Assembly (NCBI GenBank): GCA_964016885.1
Contig: OZ024752.1
Coordinates: 32,736,001 to 32,800,000 of the forward strand
DNA: 64,000 nucleotides
Reading direction: 5' to 3'
DNA from: Eledone cirrhosa
Taxonomy: Eukaryota
Position 1 is the stretch's first letter, and each line of letters starts with the position of its first letter. The notes below the pieces were generated by a model that made no database searches, was not told the DNA's origin, and worked only from the letters and a program-made list of their open reading frames with translations. Below, in pieces: positions 12,808 through 25,928 of this stretch. Both the position numbers and the translations under genes were made by a program.

Positions 12808-13218
12808 AAACACAAAGCAGGGTTTGTTTTAGGAATGGCTAGCAAATTTGAAAATTAGGTAATTAGGTAATTATATAGTTTCTAATTGAATGAAAGGAAG
12901 CATGGGTGGCATGTTGGTCTAATGGTTACACACTGGTCCTGTAAACCAAAGATGTGGGTTCATGTCTCATGTACTTCAACACTCATCATTTTTTTTCAAT
13001 CAGAGGGTTTTTTTTAAATCCCAACTAACAGACTAATTACATTTAGTCAAATACGGCATAAGCACATGTTACTACCTATATAGATATCTAGATAGTTGTT
13101 GTAGGGTTGCTGGTTGAGAACTCAATGCTCGCGCAGAGCAGAGTATAATATTGTAAAGAACAAGGAATCAGTATTGCATCAAATCACAATTATAATATAT
13201 ATACATATATATATAAAT

Positions 13219-13256
<38 letters not shown>

Positions 13257-13620
13257 TATAAATCATGTTAATGAACTTCATGGCAACTCTTCTCTGTGAA
13301 ATTCTTGTGATATTTCTAAATTTTAATTTTAAACAAAGAATCAATAATCATCTGGACAAATTTTTTTTATTTTTTGTGTGTGAAGATTTTTTTTATTCAT
13401 CACCACTTGAAAAAAACCAAAACGTTTTTATAAATGAATATAAAATGGAATATCCAGAGATTATCTGAAATTTGTCTGGGTATGTGTTGGGTGGGTTGGG
13501 GGTGGATTTTATCTTCACATTTTATTTTGGCCTTTCATGGTATTATTTCTACTATTTGATTTTCACAATCACTGTTACTTAAATTCTTGCAAAACTTCTC
13601 TTTGTATTTCTTCCTTACAA

Positions 13621-13660
<40 letters not shown>

Positions 13661-13961
13661 GCACATACATACATACATACATACATACATACATACAATT
13701 TGGTTAAATTCACATTTTCATCCTTCAAATATGTGGGTTTTGCTGGGGATATATATATATATATATGTATATATATGTATGTGTATATATCTATTTTTGT
13801 GGATATATATATATACATTTATGTATATAATTATGTTTATGTGTATATATATATATATTTATGTATGTATATACATTTATGTATATAATTATGTTTGTGT
13901 ATATATATATATATATATATATATTTATGTATGTATATACATTTATGTATATAATTATGTT

Positions 13962-14000
<39 letters not shown>

Positions 14001-14479
14001 GTATGTATATATATTTATGTATACATACATATATACACACAAACACACACATACAATGATTGAAACTAACTCATTCTGTTGGTAAATTGTTGCTGCTGAA
14101 AAGCTGATGTTTAAATGGGTTGAATAATTTTTACTGTATCAATTTACAATAAACAGTAAAATAGATGAAATTTGTCGATGTCATCCACCTCCATCTTCAT
14201 AATAATGCTTTGTCTAATGCATCATTTATGCCCAAGTATTTTTCCAGTTATCTGGGTTTCCAAAACTTCAATAATGTTGATAATATTTATACTTCTTTCA
14301 CTTTCTATAAAAAGCAAATTAAAGAGTTAAAAAGACTTCGTTTGTTCACTTGATTTTGTTTTTTTTTCATTAGAAGCAATACCAAAGGCAGGTATGTAGG
14401 TAAATGTTGGTGGTATAACCAAGTTTCCAACCTCCTATAAAGTGCTACCCCCCCCCCCTGGAGCTATGTCAAAAGAGCC

Positions 14480-14945
14480 CAGCCCATACTATGGGGGTCA
14501 TGTAGGTGTCATGACAAAAGTGAGTGCCCAGTCCACACTGTAAGGTGGTTATGTAGGTGTCACGATAAAAAGTACCCAGTCTACACTGTAAAGTGGTCAT
14601 GTAAGTGTCACGATAAAAAGTACCCAGTCTACACTGTAAGGTGGTCATGTAGGTGTCACGATAAAAAGCACCCAGCCCACACTGTAAAGTGGTCATGTAG
14701 GTGTCACGATAAAAAGCACCCAGCCCACACTGTAAAGTGGACATGTAGGTGTCATGACAAAAAGCACCTAGCACACACTGTAAGGGTGGTTAGCATTAGG
14801 AAGGGCATCCAGCCGTAGAAACCAAGCCAAAACCATTTCTGTGTGAGCGATACACGGTACCACCGACTTCATCACTCACAAAGGGACAGCCTGTCCTACC
14901 CATGCTAGCATGGATGATGGATGTTAAACAATGATGATGATGATA
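14480..14945 (+). repeat. 48-bp minisatellite expanded inside a SINE, followed by the SINE's RTE-like tail
   Basis: About 6 copies of cccagcccacactgtaaagtggtcatgtaggtgtcacgataaaaagca, then ggcatccagccgtagaaacc...catgctagcatgg...gatgatg. Confidence 0.75.
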
Positions 14946-15109
14946 ACAGAATTTATGGCGTTGGATATAATGTTGAATGATTTTAAAGTCAGTCAGGTGG
15001 TTTTTGGTTTCAACACTAGCATTGTTGTTCATTGGAGTGAAATTTGGTTATATTTTCTAGCAGACAAAGTACCTACAGGGACACCTCATCGTTCTTCTTG
15101 CTCAACGAG

Positions 15110-15550
15110 TCTGGGGTCATCCTAAGCCAGCGATCCCAAAGCATTGTCATGCATAAAGCCGACCAGATCCACTAGCGCCCTCCATTGCTGGTGGTCCCCT
15201 GCCAGCTCCTCTGCATCTTCCAATGTGATGCCGAGCCTCCGGAGATTTTCCCTGATGATATGCAGCCATCTAGTGCATGACCTCTTCCTGCTTGCAGCCA
15301 CTGCGTCGAACGAGAGTAAGGCCCGGGTAGGATGATCTGGTGGAAAGCGGAGAACATGTCCATACCAGCACTTGCAGCGGATAGATCTGAGGTGGGAAGC
15401 TGTGCGCTGATGCATGCATGCACATAGCACTTCGTTGGAAATGTGGTGGTCCCATCATCGTTGGTTGAAAGAATATGTAATACAATACATGTCCACTGCT
15501 GGCCCTGAAAACATGGATCAATAATACATACCGTGATGGTTCTCTCATAC
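15110..15550 (-). pseudogene. Decayed LINE (RTE-clade) RT C-terminus
   Basis: WYGHVLRFPPDHPTRALL...TRWLHIIRENLRRLGITLEDAEELAGDHQQWRALV, with frameshifts upstream. Confidence 0.7.
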
Positions 15551-16132
15551 ATTTTGTGGTGTGTTCATCTGCATAGCTTTTTGTTTCAGTGTTGGTGTTA
15601 GGGGTGGTTTAAGACCTGATGCTTCTACATTTGTAATAGGGGCCGACAAAGTGTTGTTTATTGTAACTCTCAACCTTTCTCTACCCTTGCTATGACTTTA
15701 ATCATCCTCAGCAAGACAAATCAAAGTAGACTGAGAATGAAGGTTACTGATGGATGGTTGAGGTTGAGAATGAAGGGGTTTGATGGATAGTTGAGGTTGA
15801 GAATGAAGGGGTTTGATGGATAGTAGTTGAAACTGAGAATTAAAGGTATAAATGTTGGCTTGATCATGCAATTAAGAAATTCACTTCGCAATGACATGGC
15901 TTCAGCTTATCCCAATACACTAGGACCTTGAGCATGTATCTTCTTTCTACCATAATTTTAGGTTGACCAAAGCCTTGTGATTGAAATGTGTTAGATGAAA
16001 ATTACAAAAAGTGCATTATATATATATATATATATATATCTTGAGTCATCCCTCTATCGAAGGTAGAGAATGCATTCTATACCTTCGATAGAGGGATGAC
16101 TCAAGATATATCTAGATTTTTTGATCCCTCAT

Positions 16133-16390
16133 GGAGGCACGTGGCCTAGTGGTAAGGGTGTTGGACTTACGATCATAATGTTGTGGTTTTGATTCCTGGG
16201 TTGCGTGTGGTGTTCTTGAACAAAACACTTCATTTCACATTGCTCCAGTATACTCACCTGAAAACGAGTACCAGCAATAGCTGGAGGTTTAACCCTGCGA
16301 TGGACTGGCGTCCTGTCCAGGGGGGGAGTCTTGTACTCTCAGTCGCTTCACGCCATGAAACCGGGATAAGCACCGGCCAAATGAGCCTTC
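16133..16390 (+). mobile_element. tRNA-derived SINE (MetaSINE-like)
   Basis: A box TGGCCTAGTGG; AACCCTGCGATGGACTGGCGTCCTGTCCAGGGGGG...CAGTCGCTTCACGCCATGAAACCGGGATAAGC. Confidence 0.75.
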
Positions 16391-16395
16391 TGTCT

Positions 16396-16930
16396 GGAGT
16401 CAATTAAATCGATTCCAGTGTATTACTGGTACTGTATTTTATCGACACCGTAAGGATGAAAGGCAAAGTTAACCTCGACAGGATTTGAATACAGAACGTA
16501 AAGGGACGTAACTATATGCTGCAAAGCATATTGTCTGACCGCCCTAGGTCATTTATTAATAATAATAATTTCTTTTAAAGACACAAGACCAGAAATTTAT
16601 GGGGAAGGAATGGTCGATTATTTCACCCTTGTCCCTAGCACATTACTGGTAGTTTGTATTATCAATTTTACAATGAGGATGAAAATTGACATCGGCAGGA
16701 TTTGAACGCAGAAGTTATAGAACCGGAACTAGCACTGCAAGGTATTTTGTTCAACGCATTAATGATTTCGTCGGACGCTATGCTCTCCAGCATAGTTACG
16801 TCCCTTTACGATCTGAGTTCAAATCCCGTCGACGTTGACTTTGCCTTTCATCCTTACGGGGTCGATAAAATAAAGTACCAGTAATGTACTGGGTAATTGT
16901 TGGCCTTGTGCCTAAAGTAGCAACAATTAA
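16396..16930. mobile_element. Cluster of tRNA-SINE copies with the GCCTTTCATCC..GGTCGATAAA (Nin/Deu-like) motif
   Basis: 16396-16545 (-), degenerate 16570-16760 (-), 16770-16930 (+). Confidence 0.65.
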
Positions 16931-17080
16931 TGATTTCTAACCGTGATACAAGACAATCTCTTCACCTACACAAAAAAATGATTGACATGTTGACAAGCTT
17001 CTACGATAATTCTATTCAAGAATAATTTATAGAATGTAAAAGTATGTTTCAAAGAAAATGCCGCAAGACAATTACTTTGA

Positions 17081-17566
17081 TCTGGTGTACATGAGAGATG
17101 GGGGAGGCCGAGAGAAATGGAGGCGATGACAGTGGGAGTTCGGCTCTTCCGTGTTTGGACCTGGTGTACATGAGAGATGGGGAGGCCGAGAGAAATGGAG
17201 GCGATGACAGTGGGAGTTCGGCTCTTCCATGTTCGGACCTGGTGTACATGAGAGATGGAGGCGATGACTGGTAGTTCGGCTCCTCTGTGTTCGGACCTGG
17301 TGTACATGAGAGATGGAGGCGATGACAGTGGGAGTTCGGCTCCTCTGTGTTCGGACCTGGTGTACATGAGAGATGGAGGCGATGACAGTGGGAGTTCGGC
17401 TCCTCTGTGTTCGGACCTGGTGTACATGAGAGATGGAGGCGATGACAGTAGGAGTTCGGCTCCTCTGTGTTCGGACCTGGTGTACATGAGAGATGGAGGG
17501 GGCGAGAGAAATGGAGGCGATGACAGTGGGAGTTCGGCTCCTCTGTGTTCGGACCTTGTGTACATG
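17081..17566. repeat. 60-bp GC-rich minisatellite with longer variant units
   Basis: ctggtgtacatgagagatggaggcgatgacagtgggagttcggctcctctgtgttcggac, about 7 copies. Confidence 0.95.
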
Positions 17567-18127
17567 TATGTTTATATCTATTCTTTATGTATAGAAAGGT
17601 GTTCAACAGCGACGCCATACCTCTTAACATAAGTGGCTGAACGCAATTTGAATTTACTTTTTTTTATCTTACTTAATATAACCATTATGATACTTATTTT
17701 CTTACAAGGCGGCGAATTGACGGCGCCATTAGAACCTCAAATAGAATGCTCTTCGCCATTTGTTCCGACTCTCAGCTCTCAGTGTTCATATGCGAAGTCA
17801 ACTTTACAGTTTATCCATAAAAACAAGGCTTGCAATAGAATCGTCTGGAATGAAGATCTCGCGTCACCCAATAACGAGCAAAACGAAATAAAGAATTATA
17901 TATACATATATATATATATACTATATATATATATGAATATGTATGTATGTATATTCGGCAATATACTGTATATTTAATTTAAAATATTTGAAGACCATTA
18001 GCTATGAGTTTTAAAGTAGTGACTATGTCACTTACTTATTCTCGGCAAAAACAACAGAGAATGGCTCAAAGTCTGTCTGTATATATATATATATATAAGA
18101 TCAAAAGATGGTTAAAAGAGTTCCATG

Positions 18128-18198
18128 TATTTTATTATGCGCATTTCAAAAACAAATATCATCATGCAATAATATTTGTGTTTTCATCAGATAAAACA
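18128..18198 (-). ncRNA. Type I hammerhead (family A)
   Basis: TGTTTTAT-CTGATGA-AAAC ACAAATATTATT GCAT GATGATATTTGT TTTT-GAAA-TGCGCA-TA-ATAAAATA. Stem II differs from 229-299 but still pairs. Confidence 0.8.
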
Positions 18199-18254
18199 GG
18201 AAGGCATGATATGAAGGTTAAAAAACACTTGTACTACAATAAAACTCACCTCCT

Positions 18255-18319
<65 letters not shown>

Positions 18320-19004
18320 TTTGAATTATACACACACACATATATATATTAGAAAAAAAACGAGGAAGTTTCGTTTACATATAAAAGGTATTTATTGTAT
18401 ATCGACCATAATTCACTGAACCACCTACATTATATATATATATATAAATATATCTTTACCCTCTCTAGCAGTCACTCTCTCTGTTAGCCTCTTCCTCACC
18501 CTTCACTCTGTTACTACCTCTCCTCCTCCTCCTTCTTCCCGTTTGACCTGTGCGTAATTCTTTTCTTTCGCACCCTTGGTCTGGCAGGTCGCTTTTTTTC
18601 TCTCTCTCTCGTCTACGATTTCACAGAACTTACGTTCACCGAATTCACAGACTAGATCCCTTCTTCCTCTCGTTAGACCTGTACGGAATTCCTTCCTTGC
18701 TCACATTCCAACCAGGTTTGATGGTCTTTATTCTCTCTCGTTCACGATTTCACCGAATTTAAATTCATAGAAATTTGGGACTTGACTCCTTCTTCCTCAT
18801 TTTTCGTTGCTTCACCATTTTTGTTTGTTTACACTCGTGTCCCCTTTATTTACGTGTCCCAACGACTTTTTTTTAGCCGTTGCTCGCACCAATCAGAGGT
18901 ATATGGTCTTTAAAGCGATGAAATACCAATGATGGTTGGAAGATCACTGATGAAGGACTAACTTTATTCATATATAAATATATATATACACACGCACATA
19001 CATA

Positions 19005-19111
19005 CAGGGTGTCCCCCAAAAATGTATACACGCTTTGATTACTTGTACAGGCAATATTTATTAGAATGCCGTTGAAGTGTGTATACATTTGGGGGGGGGG
19101 GGGGAACTCTG
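19005..19111. mobile_element. Tc1/mariner-type MITE
   Basis: TIR CAGGGTGTCCCCCAAAAATGTATACAC, TA flanks; sibling at 24259-24339. Confidence 0.65.
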
Positions 19112-19920
19112 TACATGGAGATATACCTCACCCTACGTCGTTAATTGGTTCCAGAAGTCAAGACTGAAGTCGAGAAATCGATAACTGTCAAATTAACCCC
19201 CGCTCCCTATAAACCCCTAACAGACCTACCCAGTTCTGTACTTTAACGTACAATATACACTACAGTATAAGTACAGTAATATTTATATTTATGTATGTAT
19301 TTTAAATAAGACATCGAATATACCATTTAAATATGAACATCAAAAGACAGGTAAATAAGACAACGCCACTATATATATATATATATATAGGAAAATGTTT
19401 AACCCTGACGGCAAAGCTCAAGCCGTTTCGACGGGTATTTCTGGAATGGAAATAACCGTCCAGAAATAGCATTCGAAACGGCTTGAGCTCTGCCGTCGAG
19501 GTTAAACATTTTCCTATTACCCACTCTACTACTATAAGTATTGAGTACTATGGTGCGTTATGGTCCATCTGGTTCCTTACCACACTTCCTTCGTTATATA
19601 TATATATATATATATATAACGAAGGAAATGTGGTAAGGAACCAGGTGGACCATAACGCACCAAAGTACTCAATACTTGAGGTAGTAGAGTGGGTAATAGG
19701 AACCAGTAAGACCCCGACAGCTGAGCTCAAGCCGTTTCGACGGCTATAGTAAGAAGCAAAGAAATTTTCAGTGATACGGAAAGTTCAGGTAAACTCCGGG
19801 TGTATATCCAGTTTCAGGGTGAAAATCCAACAAATTTGCGTTAACCTAATATATTCTTTCCATATAATGTCTGGAGTGTGTTGATATTTCTGTTTACCTT
19901 CTACACATACACACACACAT

Positions 19921-19949
<29 letters not shown>

Positions 19950-19953
<4 letters not shown>

Positions 19954-20491
19954 GATAAGCAGAACAAGCAAAATTCAAACAATTTCTTAAAATAAATTAA
20001 AAAATATAATTTAAATATTTACCTACTCCAGTTGCTTTTACCGATCGGTTTCACTTCACAAAAGATTAGAAATCCATGGGGACTTCTAATGGAAAAGTTT
20101 AGTTCATCAGAAAGCATTTTCCTTTCCTAGGACTAAAAGTCCCAGGAACGGCAAAATATATTGCCATCTGCCAGCTAGCACAGGGTCGAATGGGGCCGAA
20201 AATTTGACCTGTACATGAACCAGCCCGTAGCAAAAGCGGAAGTAAACATAGACAAGTCCCCATGGATTTCCAATCTTTTGTGAAGTGAAACCGATCGGTA
20301 AAAACAACTGGAGTAGGTAAATATTTAAATTATATTTTTTTATTTATTTTAAGAAATTGTTTGAATTTTGCTTGTTCTGCTTATCTCAATATTATAGTTC
20401 TGGTATGTCAAATTAATACCATTGAACAACCCTGTATCATAGACAACCTATATATTTCCAGGGGTACTTAGTACCTGTGGGCATATTAACT

Positions 20492-20495
<4 letters not shown>
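19950..20495. mobile_element. PLE-type fold-back module (family C)
   Basis: 19952-20086 inverted at 20253-20387; flanked by (TA)n. Confidence 0.7.
20033..20116 (-). ncRNA. Type I hammerhead (family C)
   Basis: TGCTTT-CTGATGA-ACT..ATTAGAAGTCC CCAT GGATTTCTAAT..AGT-GAAA-CCGATCGG-TA-AAAGCA: palindromic helix III, GUA site. Confidence 0.85.
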
Positions 20496-22056
<1,561 letters not shown>

Positions 22057-22059
<3 letters not shown>

Positions 22060-22350
22060 GGGCCTCATTTGCCTTAAAAATGTGAGGGGGACAAACCAAC
22101 ATTCGTTGATTCTTAAAGGAGCATGTTAATATTGCTTATGGTGCCTTTCTGGGACCCCATCACAGAGTAAAATTTTATGCTAATTAAATTTTATATATTC
22201 AAATGAAGTTCAGATATTAAAAAAAAAAGCCTAAAAAGAATTTATTATATCAAATAAACAAAAAATAAAACATAGACGTTTGAAAAAGTGTGTGTGTGTG
22301 TGTGGGGGGGGGGGCTTGTCCCCTGGCACCCCCTTGAAACAAGGCCCTTG
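22057..22350. mobile_element. hAT-like MITE
   Basis: Imperfect TIR CAGGGGCCTCATTT / AAACAAGGCCCTTG. Confidence 0.45.
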
Positions 22351-22354
22351 TATA

Positions 22355-22974
22355 CAATGGCGGACTGGGTCTAAAAATATCGGGTACCAAGAGATGAAGG
22401 GGACCTACCTAGGGGACCTACCTACATGCTATCATTTAATTTTGATTTTGAAAGTAGGTTTATAATTATTCATTTTCACTCTACTTTTGTAGCGGTCTCG
22501 GTGGCCTAGCTGGAGGAATCATAGGCGGTGGTGATCTTGGTCTGAAGTTCGATCCTGGTCGGGAGTAGGGTTCCCGCTAAACCTTTTCAGTCTTTTTTTT
22601 TCTATGGGATGTAAAATAAAAACTGAAAGACATTATATGTACATCTTGACCAGGATTGAACCCAAGACCAGGAACTCCACCGTCTCTAGTACCTACCGCT
22701 AGGCCACTGAGACAGATACGAAGATCTATTGAAAATTCAAACTTATAAACCTACTTTCAAAATTTTCAAAACAAAATGATGTGATGTCGTCGATCAAATG
22801 CTTTGCTTAATTGTTTTATTTATTTAAAAAAAAATGTTATTCTTTCTCTTAGACTTCAGGTATTTTTTGAAAGCTAAGCATTGGCCCCTAAAATACTACA
22901 GTGGGCCCTGCAATGGTACCGTGGGCTCCCTGGGGACCCACTTGCCATTGGTCAACCTGGCCAGTCCGCCACTG
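22355..22974. mobile_element. hAT-type MITE with 8-bp TSD
   Basis: TIR CAATGGCGGACTGG / CCAGTCCGCCACTG; TSD CTTGTATA at 22347-22354 and 22975-22982. Confidence 0.85.
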
Positions 22975-23699
22975 CTTGTATATATATATATATATATAGT
23001 AACCAGGATACGGCAATAAATCTCTTATGTAACACCTCCATTTTGTTCTTATTATATACACTCTGCTCTGCACCGAAGGTTGACCTTGGTACTCTCACCA
23101 GTTTTCTTCGTACTTACTGAACCTTCTGCGCATATATATATATGTAACCATAATATATATTTTATGGTTATATATATATTGCGTTTCGCTTTGTTTTTTT
23201 GCCACTGCCGAAATTCGATCGCGCTGAAATTATATATATATATAATTTCAGCGAGATCGAATTTCGGCAGTGGTCAAAAGCAAAGCGAAACGCAATTTTC
23301 GAGATATGCGGCAAGCGCTCAATGGACTAAAAGAAGACCAGAGCAATAAACATAGGTTATAGAGGCCAAACAAACTGAAAACGGCGAAGATGTAGCTGCC
23401 ACATAGTAGGTACTATTTGATTTATATATTATTTTGTTTTTAAATGATTTTATACATTATTTTATGTTGTATATTTTAACAATTATTTAAATATATTTAA
23501 TATAATTTTTATGGTTTATTATTTTTGTCAGACCGACGTAAAGTTGAGTCAGTCAACGTAACATGGGGTTTATTCTTGCTGCGGAATATTAAGAAAAGAC
23601 CGCCGTAACTTTGAAAATGACGAAACTGGAAACGACGTAAACCGAAATCTCTCTCTCTATATATATATATACATACACATATATATATACATACACACA

Positions 23700-24068
23700 C
23701 AGTGTACCACCGGTATTCGCGACCATGGTTATTCGCTGAATTTTCCTTAGAACTTAACTAATAATTGTTCGTGGAAACCACCAAATATTCGCGAAATCGT
23801 AAATATCTTCCGCGATTTTTCTTCAGCCTTTTTTCGAAACCTATACATATATATTTTTTAACGTTAAATTATTAATAACAATATACCGTATTTGCCGGTC
23901 TATTGGACATCCCTTCGCATAAGAAGTTCCCTCTTTTTAAAAAAATATTTTACATTATATTTTGGCATTTATAGGCATTTTTATAAACCACGTCCAATAT
24001 TCGCGGTTTTTAACTCTTCGCAGATGCTGTAAGAACGAAACCCCCGCGAATACGGGGGGACAACAGTA
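23700..24068. mobile_element. pogo/Tigger-like MITE
   Basis: Ends CAGTGTACCACCGGTATTCGCG / CGCGAATACGGGGGGACAACAG-TA. Confidence 0.55.
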
Positions 24069-24491
24069 TGTATAACCTAAGAAAATGATATAATAAAGCT
24101 GTAATAATCGGTAGTTATGCCGAAAACAATTGTAAAGAATCAAACGAGATAAGATCTATATTTTATCAATCTCTTTGGTTGGATATGTTCTGTGTTTACG
24201 TTTATCTTTCAGGTCTTTTTTTACTTTAAGAATATCTCTCATATCAGAAACCAATATATAGGTGTCCCAGAAAAATATATACACGCTTCAAAAAAGCATT
24301 CTAATAAAAGTTTCTATACATTTTTGGGGTGACACCTTGTATTTACAGGTGTACTTGTACACGAAAAGAGAAATAGTCATGCAATTGAAAAAAAATGTTT
24401 CTTTGATCTTTCCCCTTATTTGAATGTTTCCACTTGTTTCGTTTCCATGACTTTCAGAAACTATTGCAGTTATGAAGAAAATGTTATTTTC

Positions 24492-24530
<39 letters not shown>

Positions 24531-24780
24531 GATAAATCTACCAAAATATACGGTAGAGTGTCTAATACGTATGAAGAACTCAATGTAATCCAAATATCAT
24601 GAAAACAGAAGATGTATTCAAAAATTTTTCGATGAAAATCACAGGAAAACAGAGTCAAGATAAATTAATAAAAACAACGAATAAAAACGAAGAACAAGTT
24701 CCTTATATGAAACATTTTTTTAATATAAGGAACTTGTTCTTTGTTTTTATTCGTTGTTTTTATTAATTTATATCTATCTA

Positions 24781-25074
24781 TCTAAGGCGGGTAAAATTCC
24801 CCGAGATCCATGGACGAGTTCTCTCCAGCGGTCCCTGTCCCTCATTATCGCTGCCATGTCCTGCGTCTCCAACAGACCAGTGTCTGTCCTTAGGGCATCA
24901 ACATACGTTAACCTTGGTCTTCCTCTGAATGCTGAGGATGGCTCTGAACATTAATCAGTATACACTGAGGATGGAAAACTCAGAGCTGTATGGGAGCATC
25001 CCAAAAGTCAGCTCAAAAGTGACACAGAGGAGACTGAGGTTAGCTGGACATGCTCACCGACATCCAGAGTTGGC
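24781..25074 (-). mobile_element. RTE-X-like LINE copy with 5' inversion
   Basis: 3' end on - (24781-24925) joined to the upstream part on + (24926-25074). Confidence 0.8.
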
Positions 25075-25128
<54 letters not shown>

Positions 25129-25319
25129 GGTTATGCACGAGTGCATTAAGGTTTTCCAGGACACAGTGTTATGTACCGTGTAGGGGAAGGTCAGCTTACA
25201 ACAGAGTGGTGCTCAACGAAATGCAGAAAATAGGTGTATATTCCAGTTCAGCTATATTCCGGGGCGTGTATAAAGAATTAAAAAGAACAGAAAGATGCAG
25301 TAAAAGAGATTTATTCGGT

Positions 25320-25434
25320 TCTAACGTACGTTTCAATAGACATCAATTTGCCTAGATCTCGCTGCATCTATAATATTATATAGTTAGTAGAGCATTCGAC
25401 ATCCAATGCACAATCGATCCCATATCATCAGAGA
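25320..25434 (-). ncRNA. Type I hammerhead with very long stem II (family D) in the PLE 3'UTR
   Basis: CGGT(aaacataa)TCT-CTGATGA-[~90-nt hairpin]-GAAA-CGTACG-TT-AGA ACCG. Confidence 0.75.
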
Positions 25435-25584
25435 TTATGTTTACCGCACCAGAATGTTCAGGTTTTTATAGGAATTCATGTGAAGTTGAAGTAGAGAAGA
25501 AGGAGGATGTGACAAAGACGAGAGAGATAGGGGGTTTTTCATAGTTGTTGAGGTAAAACAGAGGGGAGGATAAAATATGATAAT

Positions 25585-25687
25585 TGTTTCTACTTTAGGC
25601 ACAAGGCCACCAATTACCCAGTGCATTACTGGTACTTTATTTTATCGACCCCGTAAGGATGAAAGGCAAAGTCAACCTCAGCGGGAT
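25585..25687 (-). mobile_element. 5'-truncated SINE inserted in the PLE 3'UTR
   Basis: 9-bp TSD TATGATAAT at 25576-25584 and 25688-25696. Confidence 0.8.
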
Positions 25688-25928
25688 TATGATAATGAAG
25701 TCTACATATGGACTAGTCCAACTGTGTGTGTGCTAGAGAGATGGTAGACGTTGATAGGTTTATGATCTATGATAGATGGAGGCAGGGGAGATTAGGCCGA
25801 GTGACTTGTAAAGTATGTAGGAGGAGATGTTGAATAGGGGAGATGTGGTTAATAGAAGGCATAGCAATAATCCATGGGGACAGATAGAGGAGGTAGAAGG
25901 AAGATAGAGGAAAGCAGAAGTCGCAGGA

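Noticed and set aside
12905-12980. tRNA-like sequence (TGGTCTAATGG...GGTTCATGTC)
   Set aside because: No acceptor stem and a degenerate T arm; probably a SINE head or tRNA pseudogene.
9250-14310. Possible minus-strand host exons near 9250-9500, 11200-11490 and 14150-14307
   Set aside because: Acceptor-like sites exist, but hand translations hit stops and resemble nothing I recognise; RNA-seq is needed.
17049-17632. Repeat-protein ORFs in the 60-bp minisatellite
   Set aside because: The unit length is a multiple of 3 and it is open on both strands; no domain or splice support.
18940-18968. CTGATGA-AGGAC at the end of a PLE-like island
   Set aside because: Cut off by (TA)n before any GAAA or stem III.
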